From Obrimoposthia wandeli (Eukaryota): a stretch of DNA of 64,000 nucleotides. The DNA lies in the NCBI GenBank assembly GCA_977020255.1, contig CDROCS010000506.1, forward strand, positions 1,922,001-1,986,000, read 5' to 3'. The translations under genes and the position numbers were made by a program. The notes below the pieces were generated by a model. That model did no database searches. It was given only the letters and a program-made list of their open reading frames with translations, and was not told the origin of the DNA. Every line of letters starts with the position of its first letter. Positions within the stretch are counted from its first letter, which is position 1. Shown piece by piece: positions 1 through 10,393 of the stretch.

Positions 1-1566
1 GACAAACGTTTCCGGTTGGAAGTTATCAAGTACAGTCGCAGCATCTAGGCCATTGAAGTCTAATACCCCACCCTGTGAGCCATATACGCCACACAAGCAC
101 AGTTCAACATTCTGTTGCTCCGGTACTTTATGTATTTGCTGGGCGAATAATGATAACCAACCAGCACCAATATTACCTTTACCAAATAGCACCACACCAA
201 CACGTTTTGGCTGTTTGAATAGCACAGTATGTAATTCTTTTAATAACGGTTCGAGTACAACTTTCTGCAATACTGCACAGATACTTAAATGATTATCACC
301 AGTTTGTACGAAACTAAGATTATGCTCAGAAATTAACTGATAAAACTGGTGAGACTGCAACGCATTTTCTGTCACGCCCGAGCCTACTAATGCCACCATA
401 CAAAAGCCACTGCGACAATCAATAGCACTGATCTGCGGTTGTTGCTGCTGGTAAGATTTTAATGCCGAAAGTGAGAATTCAACAATTTCAGCGGTATAGC
501 CTAAACGCACCACATGATCGGTTGGACGACGTTTAATGCAAATCGGCGATAATTGTTGTTCGGCAAGCAAGGCAAGTAACTGATCATATTGTGTTTGGTA
601 ATCAGCGTTTGCTGAAAATTCAATATCGATTAAATACAGATCATCAATCGAGGTAACGATTTTGGCACCCTTACCTTTGGGTAAACGACGGTGGATCTGG
701 GTAGAACCTTCGCTAGGTGTATAACTACAACGCAACTGCACATGCTGTTTACTCGCCACTACCGGCTGTAAAGTACGAGCATGTAATACCGGAGAGCCTA
801 AACGAGCCAGTTCAGCGGCTTCATCAAGGGATAATTTAGTTTGTAATTCAGCATCTTTAACGCGACGTGGATCAGCGCTAAATACCCCAGCAACATCACT
901 CCAAATAGTTGTTTGATTTGCATCGACTAATGCACCTAATAACGTCGCCGAATAATCAGAGCCATTACGCCCTAACGTGACAGTACGCTGTTGACTATCA
1001 CCAGCAATAAAACCAGTGACGACGACACGATTCTTGAGCGTCGCTAAACACGTCATTAATTTCTGACGCGATACAGTTTCATCAACAACAGGCTGCGCCG
1101 CTAATTCAGTCGTTAAGAACAAGCGTGAGTCTAAATCATCTGCGGGTAATTGGTTTTGCGTCAGTAATGCCGCTAGCAGTCGGGCTGACCATACTTCACC
1201 ATGGGCAAGGATTTGGTTTTTAGCGTAAACATCAAGGCTAGTTTCTAATAAATGGCTAATGGTATGAATGTCATCTTGCAGTGCAGCAGTGAGTTTTGCA
1301 CATAATTCATCAGCTAATAGCTCAGCGATCAGCTTAGCTTGGTATTCACACGTGGCAATAAGTCGTTCAGGCGCAGCTTGATCACCGTCTTCCGCTAACT
1401 GTAACAATTCTAACAGCTGGTTAGTGGTTTTGCCTGCCGCAGAAACAACAATCAGATCTTGAGCCTGGGTGTGCTCACTAATAATCGCCGATACGCGACG
1501 ATAACAAGTGGCATCCGCTAAACTACTGCCACCAAATTTATGAATACTACGCTTCACTGCGTCCAT
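1..1566 (-). CDS. metL: Bifunctional aspartate kinase II/homoserine dehydrogenase II, 5' part (runs off window start)
   Basis: Manual translation from ATG at 1566 gives MDAVKRSIHKFGGSSLAD (aspartokinase N-terminus) with a GGGAGA RBS. It is divergent from metJ. It is absent from the ORF track, presumably because no stop lies in the window. Confidence 0.92.
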   Translation of the reverse strand, partial: MDAVKRSIHKFGGSSLADATCYRRVSAIISEHTQAQDLIVVSAAGKTTNQLLELLQLAEDGDQAAPERLIATCEYQAKLIAELLADELCAKLTAALQDDIHTISHLLETSLDVYAKNQILAHGEVWSARLLAALLTQNQLPADDLDSRLFLTTELAAQPVVDETVSRQKLMTCLATLKNRVVVTGFIAGDSQQRTVTLGRNGSDYSATLLGALVDANQTTIWSDVAGVFSADPRRVKDAELQTKLSLDEAAELARLGSPVLHARTLQPVVASKQHVQLRCSYTPSEGSTQIHRRLPKGKGAKIVTSIDDLYLIDIEFSANADYQTQYDQLLALLAEQQLSPICIKRRPTDHVVRLGYTAEIVEFSLSALKSYQQQQPQISAIDCRSGFCMVALVGSGVTENALQSHQFYQLISEHNLSFVQTGDNHLSICAVLQKVVLEPLLKELHTVLFKQPKRVGVVLFGKGNIGAGWLSLFAQQIHKVPEQQNVELCLCGVYGSQGGVLDFNGLDAATVLDNFQPETFV

Positions 1567-1645
1567 GCGTTCTCCCGAACTTAATATCGAATTAATGTAT
1601 TACTAGTACCTCAAAACATACACCATTAAGTCACAATAGGTCAAT

Positions 1646-1661
1646 AGACGTCTAGAGCTCT
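1646..1661. promoter_or_regulatory. Tandem Met boxes (MetJ operator)
   Basis: AGACGTCT (perfect consensus) followed directly by AGAGCTCT, between metL and metJ. Confidence 0.9.
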
Positions 1662-1743
1662 TTACATACTGATTGCCAATAATCAAATTCAAAGGTAGAC
1701 TTATTACTTATTCATTAAATAATAATTTACCCAAAGGTCGAAA

Positions 1744-2070
1744 ATGACGAAGTGGAACGGCGAGTATATTAGTCCCTATGCAGAACATGGGAAAAAGAGT
1801 GAACAGGTTAAGAAGATTACTGTTTCAATTCCTTTGAAAGTATTGAAAATACTGACAGATGAAAGAACTCGCCGTCAGATTAATAATCAACGCCATGCGA
1901 CTAACAGTGAATTATTATGTGAAGCATTTTTACATGCTTACACTGGTCAGCCATTACCGGCAGATGAAGATTTAACCAAAGACAAACCAGATAACATACC
2001 TGCAGAAGCCAAAGCACAAATGTTAGCGCTAGGTATTAATATTGATGATTATCTAGAACAAGACGATTAA
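1744..2070 (+). CDS. metJ: Methionine repressor MetJ
   Basis: [42 protein letters not shown] matches MetJ. Confidence 0.97.
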   Translation: MTKWNGEYISPYAEHGKKSEQVKKITVSIPLKVLKILTDERTRRQINNQRHATNSELLCEAFLHAYTGQPLPADEDLTKDKPDNIPAEAKAQMLALGINIDDYLEQDD

Positions 2071-2097
2071 TCGATAAATAACCGCTAAGCAGTTATG

Positions 2098-2134
2098 AAA
2101 AAGGCACTCCTTTATACAAGGAGTGCCTTTTTTT
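2098..2134. terminator. Bidirectional intrinsic terminator (metJ / S4 gene)
   Basis: AAAAAGGCACTCC-loop-GGAGTGCCTTTTTTT between convergent genes. Confidence 0.85.
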
Positions 2135-2195
2135 GATCTCAACGTACTGCATTCGAGATTTCAATGCAGTCCGTTAATAAATTCAAAGCCAGAAC

Positions 2196-2876
2196 CTAAA
2201 AACTAAAAGGTGCCGCACGGCCTTTTTTCTTTTCCGCTTTTTTAGGTTCAGCTACTTTTTCTTTTTGCACTTGTTTAGCTGCAGGTTTTTTCTTTTTCTT
2301 CTTTTCAGGCTGTTCCCAAGTATCCGCCGCAATGCTTTCAACTACAGGCTTAGCAACCGCAGACTTATCAACAACAGGTTTCGTCATTGCAGGTTGAATA
2401 GTCGCTGCTGGCGCGATAAACGCAGCTTCAACTACAACATCTTCTATGATCTCTTCAGCAATATCAGAGCTTGTAACACTCTCATTAGCAATGAAGTCAT
2501 CTTCAGTCAAATCATGTTCAGCCATGTATGCTGCGACAGAATCCGACTCGAGTGCAGCCGGATCAACAAATTCATCTTCAGGAAACTCTTCACCATCATC
2601 AGCTTCTACATAATCAGCGTCATCATATGATGCTAACTCTTCGGCAGACATAACTTGGTACGCTTCACCATCAAAACCGATGATGTCACCAAACATAATT
2701 TTTTTACGTTTACGCGTTTCAACTTCACCATTCACATATACAAAACCGTTAGCAATATGGTTCTTTGCTTCACTGCCCGATGTCACTAGGTTCTCAATTT
2801 TTAAAATTTTATATAGTTCGATTGGTTCTTCAGAAACAACAACAGGGATGACTTCAATTTCGTATTCTTCAGACAT
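2196..2876 (-). CDS. S4-domain RNA-binding protein (YbcJ-like) with long acidic and Lys-rich C-terminal extension
   Basis: N-terminal LYKILKIENLVTSGSEAKNHIANGFVYVNGEVETRKRKKI is an S4 fold. Start placed at MSEEY (2876) with an AAGG RBS; the track gives 2897. Confidence 0.75.
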   Translation of the reverse strand: MSEEYEIEVIPVVVSEEPIELYKILKIENLVTSGSEAKNHIANGFVYVNGEVETRKRKKIMFGDIIGFDGEAYQVMSAEELASYDDADYVEADDGEEFPEDEFVDPAALESDSVAAYMAEHDLTEDDFIANESVTSSDIAEEIIEDVVVEAAFIAPAATIQPAMTKPVVDKSAVAKPVVESIAADTWEQPEKKKKKKPAAKQVQKEKVAEPKKAEKKKGRAAPFSF

Positions 2877-2935
2877 GGGAACCTTAAATGTGGGCAATAT
2901 AGCGGCTCTTTATACAAGTATAAGCGCAGAAATGC

Positions 2936-2962
2936 AAACGCCAAGGAAAGACCTTGGCGTTT
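2936..2962 (-). terminator. Terminator after maeB
   Basis: AAACGCCAAGG-aaaga-CCTTGGCGTTT. Confidence 0.7.
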
Positions 2963-3008
2963 ATTAGAGCGATCAAATAGAATTATTCGATCGAATTACC
3001 GAATAAGT

Positions 3009-4250
3009 TTACAGCATGTAATTTTCTGGTAATTCAATACGTGATACACCCGTTTCAACAGCGGCTAGTGCAACTGCACGTGCAACTCGCGGTAATAAAC
3101 GTGGGTCCATTGGTTTCGGAATAATGTATTCTTTACCAAACACCAACGACGTCGCGCCAGACGCATCTAACACTGATTGTGGCACTTCTTCTTTCGCTAT
3201 CTCACGAATAGCATGTACCGCAGCCACTTTCATGGCTTCATTAATCACGCTAGCACGCGCGTCTAATGCGCCACGGAAAATGAACGGGAAACACAATACG
3301 TTATTCACTTGGTTTGGATAATCAGAACGACCCGTCGCCATAATCAGATCTTGACGTGCAGCATGTGCTAACTCAGGTTTAATTTCTGGATCTGGATTTG
3401 AACAAGCAAAAATAATTGGGTTATCCGCCATTAATTTCACATCATCAGCAGATAATACATTAGGTCCAGATACGCCAACGAATACGTCAGCACCATTAAT
3501 CGCATCTTGTAGTGTACGTTTATCAGTGTTGTTAGCAAAACGCTGTTTGTATTCATTAATGTCATCACGACGTGTGTGGATCACACCTTTACGGTCTAAC
3601 ATATAGATTTTTTCACGTTGCGCGCCACATGAAATTAATAATTCCATACAAGCGATCGCCGCTGCGCCAGCACCCATACAAACAATAACCGCTTCAGCAA
3701 TGTCTTTGCCTTGGATATCGAGCGCATTAATCATGCCTGCCGCTGTAACAATCGCAGTACCGTGTTGATCATCATGAAATACCGGGATCTTACAACGCGC
3801 AATCAACGCTTTTTCAATTTCAAAACACTCTGGTGCTTTAATATCTTCTAAGTTAATGCCACCAAATGTATCAGCGATATTAGCTACCGTATCGATAAAC
3901 TCTTCAGTCGTGCGATGTTTCACTTCAATATCAATCGAATCGATATCTGCAAAACGTTTGAATAATAATGCTTTACCTTCCATTACCGGTTTTGAAGCCA
4001 GTGGGCCTAAGTTACCTAGACCTAAAATAGCAGTACCATTAGTAATCACTGCAACTAAGTTGCCTTTAGCGGTGTATTTATAAGCATCGTCAGGATTAGC
4101 AGCGATTTCACGCACTGGCTCAGCGACACCAGGGCTATATGCTAGAGAAAGATCATCGGCAGTTTCTGCTGATGTAGTAAGTTGAATAGCAATTTTGCCT
4201 GGTTTTGGGTTCGCATGGTAATCCAATGCTTGCTGTCTAAGGTCTGACAT
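3009..4250 (-). CDS. maeB: Malic enzyme, MaeB-type without the PTA domain
   Basis: NGTAILGLGNLG, KPVMEGK, FHDDQHGTA and GAGAA motifs; 413 aa. Confidence 0.9.
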   Translation of the reverse strand: MSDLRQQALDYHANPKPGKIAIQLTTSAETADDLSLAYSPGVAEPVREIAANPDDAYKYTAKGNLVAVITNGTAILGLGNLGPLASKPVMEGKALLFKRFADIDSIDIEVKHRTTEEFIDTVANIADTFGGINLEDIKAPECFEIEKALIARCKIPVFHDDQHGTAIVTAAGMINALDIQGKDIAEAVIVCMGAGAAAIACMELLISCGAQREKIYMLDRKGVIHTRRDDINEYKQRFANNTDKRTLQDAINGADVFVGVSGPNVLSADDVKLMADNPIIFACSNPDPEIKPELAHAARQDLIMATGRSDYPNQVNNVLCFPFIFRGALDARASVINEAMKVAAVHAIREIAKEEVPQSVLDASGATSLVFGKEYIIPKPMDPRLLPRVARAVALAAVETGVSRIELPENYML

Positions 4251-4593
4251 ACGCAGTATCCTGAATGAAATGAATGCACATAACTCACCGTCTTAGTTCA
4301 AGAATAACAAGCAGCGAGAAACAACGTTGGGGAATTAAATAATAATTGAATGTAATACCAAGTATTTAACTTTAATTTAACACAGCTCACTTTTGTTTTA
4401 CACTGAGCGAAACCGGCTAATAATATTGTTGGCATGATTCTACATTAATTTAAGTGGTTTATTCTACCTTTGCACTGGTACGAAGTGTTTATTTTTATAT
4501 GCTTTGTTAATTTTAGAAGAAGATTTTTATAGAAATGAAATCACAGAGGTTAAATTTAAGTTTTATAAATGTTTCAAATTATTTTTTAGGTAT

Positions 4594-4621
4594 AAAAAAA
4601 GGCACCCGTAGGCACCCTTTT
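4594..4621 (-). terminator. rpmE terminator
   Basis: Minus strand AAAAGGGUGCC-UACG-GGUGCCUUUUUUU, a G-U-containing stem followed by a U tract. Confidence 0.7.
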
Positions 4622-4654
4622 GACTCACTGCAAATAATTGTATAAATACAATTA

Positions 4655-4867
4655 TTATTTTGCTGCAAGAGCACCAAAACGTTTGTTGAACTTATCAACA
4701 CGACCGCCAGTATCAACAGTACGTTGCTTACCAGTGTAGAACGGGTGACAGTTTGAACATACGTCTAGCGTGATGTTTTTACCACGAGTAGAGCCCATAG
4801 CAAAAACGTTACCACATGAACATTTTGCTTCGATTGCTGCGTACTCTGGGTGTATACCTTGTTTCAT
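4655..4867 (-). CDS. rpmE: 50S ribosomal protein L31 (Zn-binding type)
   Basis: MKQGIHPEY...CSCG...[12 protein letters not shown]; start set at 4867. Confidence 0.97.
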   Translation of the reverse strand: MKQGIHPEYAAIEAKCSCGNVFAMGSTRGKNITLDVCSNCHPFYTGKQRTVDTGGRVDKFNKRFGALAAK

Positions 4868-5099
4868 AGAAACCTCAATTTTGGTTATGTCGCCATCTGA
4901 AACTCTGCCAGACACCACATAAAGTTATAGAATTTTTAGGCTGCGAATAATATAGGATCTTACCCCCTAATATCAATAGCTGATGCATAAATAAACTGCA
5001 AATAGAACATTAAACAGAAAATATCAAGACATTACCTAGTTAACAGCCGTAAACTGTCTATCGAAATACAGATTTAGCCCGAAAAAGAGAGTTGAGTTC

Positions 5100-7301
5100 A
5101 TGCCTGTTGTCGCCGTTGCCGTTCCAGTCCATTTAAGCAGAAGCTTTGATTATATCTATTCAGATGATATCCACATCGAACCTGGTATGCGCATCTGTGT
5201 GCCTTTTATGAATAAGCAACTTATTGGTATTGCCCTAGCAACTAAACACGACAGTGAATTTCCACTGGCAAAACTTAAACCAATTATCAACGTGCTTGAT
5301 GATAGCGCTATTTTGTCAGCAGATATGTTGGCCTTTTTTAATTGGTGTGCCGATTATTATCATTACCCCATCGGCGAAGTCATCGCCCAAGCGTTACCGG
5401 TATTATTACGTAAACTAGAATCTGCGAAATTAAACAGTTACACATTTTGGCAATTAACCGATAGTGCCCATGAGTTAACGGCAAAAGAATTAAACCGTTT
5501 AACCCCAGCACAATTACAGACCATTAAATTATTGGCCGAAACAGGGCTGACGCAATCACATTTAAAATTAGCCAATATAAAATCAACGACCATCAAAGCC
5601 CTGCAAGACAAAGGCCTCATCAGCCAAGAATATATTGAAGTCCAAGATAACGATGCCCAGCATTGGCGCCAAAACTTAGTGGTCAGTGATAATCGCCCTT
5701 CGCTTAATACCGAACAAGCGATCACTATCGCCGCAATTGATATCAACCACTTTGCCACCTACTTACTCGATGGTGTGACAGGCAGTGGTAAGACTGAAGT
5801 TTATTTAAATGTTATCGAGAAAGTATTAAAGACGGGTAAGCAAGCGTTAGTCATCGTGCCCGAGATTGGTCTTACGCCACAAACCATTTCACGCTTCAAA
5901 CGCCGTTTCAATGTGCCGATTGTCGCACTACATTCTGGTTTAAATGACGCAGAGCGACGAGAAGCTTGGCTTGAAGCACAAGCTGGTGTCGCTGGTATCG
6001 TCATTGGTACGCGCTCTGCCATTTTTACTCCTATGCATGATTTAGGCGTGATCATTATTGATGAAGAGCATGACGGGTCATTGAAGCAACAAGAAACGTT
6101 CCGTTATCACGCGCGCGATCTGGCCATTGTCAGGGCGCATCGTAATAACATTGCCGTGGTATTAGGTTCTGCAACTCCTGCATTAGAAACCCTGCACAAT
6201 GCCATGACAGGTAAATATCGTCACTTAAAGCTTACCCAACGTGCGGGTAATGCGCAGATGCCTATTCATCACCTAATTGATATTAAGAACCAAGCTTTAA
6301 ATTCTGGATTATCCACTGAATTTATCGCCTTAATGGGGACTCATTTAGCGGCAGGTAATCAAGTCCTGCTGTTTCTTAATCGTCGTGGTTATGCACCTGC
6401 TGTCATGTGTCATACCTGTGGTTCCATGGCCGAATGCCAGCGCTGTAATACTTATTACACTTATCATCAGTCTCGCAATATATTGCATTGTCATCATTGC
6501 GATGAACAGTTTCCGAAACCACGTCGCTGTCCAAGTTGTGATTCCAACGAGATCATCACTGCAGGTTTTGGTACCGAGCAACTCGAGGCCATGCTTAGCG
6601 AACACTTCCCGCAATACCCGATTATCCGTATTGATCGAGATAGTACTAGCCGCAAAGGCAGTTTAGAAAAAGCATTAGAATCGGTACGCAAACGTGAATT
6701 CCGTATTTTGATTGGCACGCAGATGTTAGCCAAAGGCCATCACTTCCCCGATGTTACTTTAGTAGGCTTAATTGATGTCGATAGCGCCCTGTTTAGCAGC
6801 GACTTCCGTGCGCCAGAAAAACTCGCGCAATTGTTTGTACAAGTATCAGGCCGCGCGGGCCGAGCAGCTAAACAAGGTGAAGTTGCGATTCAAACCCACC
6901 ACCCTGAACACGAGCTGATCCAAGATTTGATCAATAATGGTTATAGCCACTTTGCTCAAACTGCATTACATGCGCGTTCGATGGCGAGTTTACCGCCTTA
7001 TAGCTTCCAGGCTTTATTCCGCTCAGAAGCCCATCAGTTCAGTGAAGCCAACGCTTTTTTAGTCGAAATAAAACAGTTAGTCCAAGAACATAATCACAAT
7101 CCACAACTGCTTTGTTTAGGCCCTATGCCAGCCCCGATGGAGAAACGCGCAGGAAAGTATCGTTTACAACTTTTACTACAAAGCCCTCAACGTCAGCATA
7201 TCACTCATTTATTACGCCAAATAATGCCCAAAATTGAAGCATTAAAGTCTGCACGTAAAGCCCGTTGGTCGTTAGACGTGGATCCAACTGAAATGTTGTA
7301 A
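5100..7301 (+). CDS. priA: Primosomal protein N'
   Basis: GVTGSGKTEVY, DEEH, Cys-rich zinc region and C-terminal DVDP. Confidence 0.97.
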   Translation: MPVVAVAVPVHLSRSFDYIYSDDIHIEPGMRICVPFMNKQLIGIALATKHDSEFPLAKLKPIINVLDDSAILSADMLAFFNWCADYYHYPIGEVIAQALPVLLRKLESAKLNSYTFWQLTDSAHELTAKELNRLTPAQLQTIKLLAETGLTQSHLKLANIKSTTIKALQDKGLISQEYIEVQDNDAQHWRQNLVVSDNRPSLNTEQAITIAAIDINHFATYLLDGVTGSGKTEVYLNVIEKVLKTGKQALVIVPEIGLTPQTISRFKRRFNVPIVALHSGLNDAERREAWLEAQAGVAGIVIGTRSAIFTPMHDLGVIIIDEEHDGSLKQQETFRYHARDLAIVRAHRNNIAVVLGSATPALETLHNAMTGKYRHLKLTQRAGNAQMPIHHLIDIKNQALNSGLSTEFIALMGTHLAAGNQVLLFLNRRGYAPAVMCHTCGSMAECQRCNTYYTYHQSRNILHCHHCDEQFPKPRRCPSCDSNEIITAGFGTEQLEAMLSEHFPQYPIIRIDRDSTSRKGSLEKALESVRKREFRILIGTQMLAKGHHFPDVTLVGLIDVDSALFSSDFRAPEKLAQLFVQVSGRAGRAAKQGEVAIQTHHPEHELIQDLINNGYSHFAQTALHARSMASLPPYSFQALFRSEAHQFSEANAFLVEIKQLVQEHNHNPQLLCLGPMPAPMEKRAGKYRLQLLLQSPQRQHITHLLRQIMPKIEALKSARKARWSLDVDPTEML

Positions 7302-7397
7302 GGATATCGGCATTTATCCGTTGATTAACTAGTCAAATGCCCGTAATCACGCTAAAATGTTGGATCTATTTTTCATCATTGCTAGCGAAGAGAATCC

Positions 7398-9152
7398 ATG
7401 AAAGAGCATATTATACAGCTGCTAGAGCAGACAGTTACGATCTTAAAAGAACAACAAATTATTCCTGCAGATGCACAACCACGCATCTCTGTAGATCGTA
7501 CCCGCGACAAAGCTCATGGTGATTTAGCAACAAATTTAGCAATGATGATGGCCAAACCAGCGAAAAAGAATCCGCGTGAGTTAGCCCAATTAATCATTGA
7601 TAACCTACCTGAATCAGACTTAGTTAATCGCACTGAAATCGCTGGTCCTGGTTTTATCAACATCTTCTTAAACCAAAACTGGTTAGCGCAGCAGATTGAT
7701 ATTGCACTTGCAGACGAAAACCTTTCAGTACAAAAAGCCACAACACCAGACAATGTGATCGTTGATTTATCATCACCAAACCTAGCCAAAGAAATGCACG
7801 TAGGTCACTTACGTTCATCAATCATTGGTGATTCAGTTGCACGTACACTTGAACTGCTAGGTCATAACGTTATTCGTCAAAACCACGTAGGCGATTGGGG
7901 TACTCAGTTCGGTATGCTACTAGCGTACATGGAAGAAAAACGTGCTGAGAACGCTGAAATCAGCATGCAACTTTCAGATTTAGAAGTGTTCTATCGTGCA
8001 GCGAAAGGTCGTTTTGACGAATCTGAAGATTTTGCCATACGCGCCCGTGAAATGGTAGTAATGCTACAATCAGGTGATGAAGCTTGTAATAAACTATGGC
8101 AAGAATTTAATGATGTGTCACTTGCACACTGTCATGACATCTACAAACGTCTAAACGTGAAATTAACACGTGAAGATGTACGTGGTGAAAGTTTCTATAA
8201 CAGCGATCTACACAACATTGTTGCAGAGCTTGAAGCGCAAGAGTTATTAACAGAATCAAACGGCGCTAAATGCGTATTCTTAGATGAATTCAAGAATAAA
8301 GACGGCGACCCGTTACCAGTCATCATCCAAAAAAATGGTGGTGGTTTCCTTTACGCGACAACAGATCTTGCCGCAATGCGTTTCCGTCAACAAACATTGA
8401 ATGCGAACCGCATCATGTACTTTGTTGACCAACGTCAGGCACTGCATTTCCAACAAGTATTCTCTGTCGTTCAAAAAGCCGGTTTCGTAAAACCAGAAAC
8501 ATCACTTGAACACCTTGGCTTTGGTACCATGAATGGTGAAGATGGTCGTCCATTCAAAACTCGTTCTGGCGGCACAGTAAAACTTATCGATCTACTTATC
8601 GAAGCAGAAGAACGCGCTTACACACTTGTTAAAGCGAAAAATCCGACGCTAACTGAAGAAGAACTAAAACACATCGCCCGCGTTGTTGGTATCTCATCGG
8701 TTAAATATGCTGATTTATCTAAAAACCGTAGCAGCGATTACATTTTCAACTTCGACTCAATGTTAAGCTTTGAAGGTAATACCGCTCCTTACCTACTTTA
8801 CGCTTGCACACGTGTTGGCAGTATCTTCAACAAAGTAGATGCTGAAACAGTCGCTAAACTAGCTACTGCAAAAGTACAGTTGAACGAAGATAAAGAACAA
8901 GAGTTAGCAGGTAAACTGATCCAGTTTAATGAGATTGTGCATCAAGTAGCAAAACGCGCGACACCAAACACGTTATGTACTTACCTGTTTGAACTGGCTG
9001 GCGTGTTCTCTAGTTTCTATGAAGCCTGCCCAATCCTAAGTACAGAAGATGAAGCGATTAAATTAAGCCGTCTAAAACTGGCGCAGTTAACAGCTAAAAC
9101 ACTTAAACAGGGTCTAGATTTACTAGGCATTGAAACTTTGGAACGTATGTAA
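7398..9152 (+). CDS. argS: Arginine--tRNA ligase
   Basis: [16 protein letters not shown] (HIGH-like) and FKTRSG motifs. Confidence 0.97.
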   Translation: MKEHIIQLLEQTVTILKEQQIIPADAQPRISVDRTRDKAHGDLATNLAMMMAKPAKKNPRELAQLIIDNLPESDLVNRTEIAGPGFINIFLNQNWLAQQIDIALADENLSVQKATTPDNVIVDLSSPNLAKEMHVGHLRSSIIGDSVARTLELLGHNVIRQNHVGDWGTQFGMLLAYMEEKRAENAEISMQLSDLEVFYRAAKGRFDESEDFAIRAREMVVMLQSGDEACNKLWQEFNDVSLAHCHDIYKRLNVKLTREDVRGESFYNSDLHNIVAELEAQELLTESNGAKCVFLDEFKNKDGDPLPVIIQKNGGGFLYATTDLAAMRFRQQTLNANRIMYFVDQRQALHFQQVFSVVQKAGFVKPETSLEHLGFGTMNGEDGRPFKTRSGGTVKLIDLLIEAEERAYTLVKAKNPTLTEEELKHIARVVGISSVKYADLSKNRSSDYIFNFDSMLSFEGNTAPYLLYACTRVGSIFNKVDAETVAKLATAKVQLNEDKEQELAGKLIQFNEIVHQVAKRATPNTLCTYLFELAGVFSSFYEACPILSTEDEAIKLSRLKLAQLTAKTLKQGLDLLGIETLERM

Positions 9153-9155
9153 ATT

Positions 9156-9698
9156 ATGGCTCGTAAGGATTACGCGGGGCACGCCCCGAAGCCGAGAAAA
9201 CAGCGGGGTGCTAAAAAAGCACCGCCGGCGAAAAAGAAACGCCCAGTGTTGGCTATTTTAGTATTTTTATTGCTAGCTGTTGGCCTTGGCTATTTTTTAG
9301 CACAAGTCAGTGGCACCGCAGAAGAAACACAGCCAGAGCCTGTTAAAAAAGCGCAACCGAAAAAGCTAACGGTAAAACCATTACCGGAAAAGCCAAAGGA
9401 AGTGTGGCAGTATCCACAAGACTTACAAGATAAAGAAGTCATTGTCGAAATACCGCCGCAGCAAGACACTGGTATTCGTTATCAAATGCAATGTGGTTCG
9501 TTCCGTCAACAATCACAAGCAGAGGCGATGAAAGCAACGATAGCCTTCCAAGGTTATACTGCTAACGTCCGCCATACTGGTAATTGGTATCGTGTCGTTT
9601 TAGGCCCTTACGAACGTAAACGTACAGCAGAAAAAGAACGCCACCAAATTAAACGCGCAGGTGTCACAACTTGTGAAATTTGGCAGTGGAAGCCTTGA
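9156..9698 (+). CDS. ftsN: SPOR-domain cell division protein (FtsN-like)
   Basis: Basic N-terminus, one TM segment, C-terminal SPOR (QCGSF...WYRVVLGPY); lies upstream of hslV. Confidence 0.8.
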   Translation: MARKDYAGHAPKPRKQRGAKKAPPAKKKRPVLAILVFLLLAVGLGYFLAQVSGTAEETQPEPVKKAQPKKLTVKPLPEKPKEVWQYPQDLQDKEVIVEIPPQQDTGIRYQMQCGSFRQQSQAEAMKATIAFQGYTANVRHTGNWYRVVLGPYERKRTAEKERHQIKRAGVTTCEIWQWKP

Positions 9699-9722
9699 AA
9701 AACTAAATAAATATACCCACCT
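9694..9722 (+). promoter_or_regulatory. Sigma32-like heat-shock promoter of hslVU
   Basis: CTTGAA-N15-ACCCACCT resembles CTTGAA-N13-17-CCCCATNT; hslVU is a known sigma32 target. Confidence 0.65.
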
Positions 9723-9841
9723 TAGTTGGTATATTGTAATGAAACGCTTCATATCATATGAGGCGTTTTTTTTACCTAGCATATTGTAGTGCCACTCATT
9801 TAGACCCTGTGGCACTCGAATTTATTAGAATGGAGTTTATC

Positions 9842-10366
9842 GTGACTACTATTGTATCTGTACGCCGTGAAGGCAAAGTCGTAATGGCCGGAGACGGACA
9901 AGTTTCTCTTGGCAACACGGTAATGAAAGGCAACGCAAGAAAAGTGCGCCGTTTATACAATGGCCAAGTTATCGCTGGGTTTGCCGGTGGCACCGCTGAC
10001 GCATTTACCCTTATCGAACGTTTTGAAGCAAAATTACAAGCTCACCAAGGCAACCTAGAGCGTGCCGCTGTAGAGCTTGCGAAAGATTGGCGTTCCGATA
10101 AAGTGCTACGTAATTTAGAAGCCTTATTGGCTGTAGCAGATAAAAACAGTTCGTTCATCATCACTGGTAATGGCGATGTAGTGCAACCTGAAAATGACCT
10201 TATCGCAATCGGTTCTGGTGGTAATTTCGCTCAAGCATCAGCAATGGCATTATTAGAAAACACCGAATTAAACGCTGAAGAAATCGCTAAAAAATCCCTG
10301 ACTATTGCAGGTAATATCTGTGTATTCACCAACGGTTTCCAAACAGTTGAAACTATCGATTACTAA
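9842..10366 (+). CDS. hslV: ATP-dependent protease subunit HslV
   Basis: GTG start giving (M)TTIVSVRR with the catalytic N-terminal Thr; GGAG RBS upstream. Confidence 0.96.
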   Translation: MTTIVSVRREGKVVMAGDGQVSLGNTVMKGNARKVRRLYNGQVIAGFAGGTADAFTLIERFEAKLQAHQGNLERAAVELAKDWRSDKVLRNLEALLAVADKNSSFIITGNGDVVQPENDLIAIGSGGNFAQASAMALLENTELNAEEIAKKSLTIAGNICVFTNGFQTVETIDY

Positions 10367-10393
10367 ATTTTACCGAATTAAAGGACGCTTATT

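Noticed and set aside
5100-9698. argS in place of cytR between priA and ftsN
   Set aside because: The priA-argS-SPOR-hslVU order is common in non-enteric gammaproteobacteria
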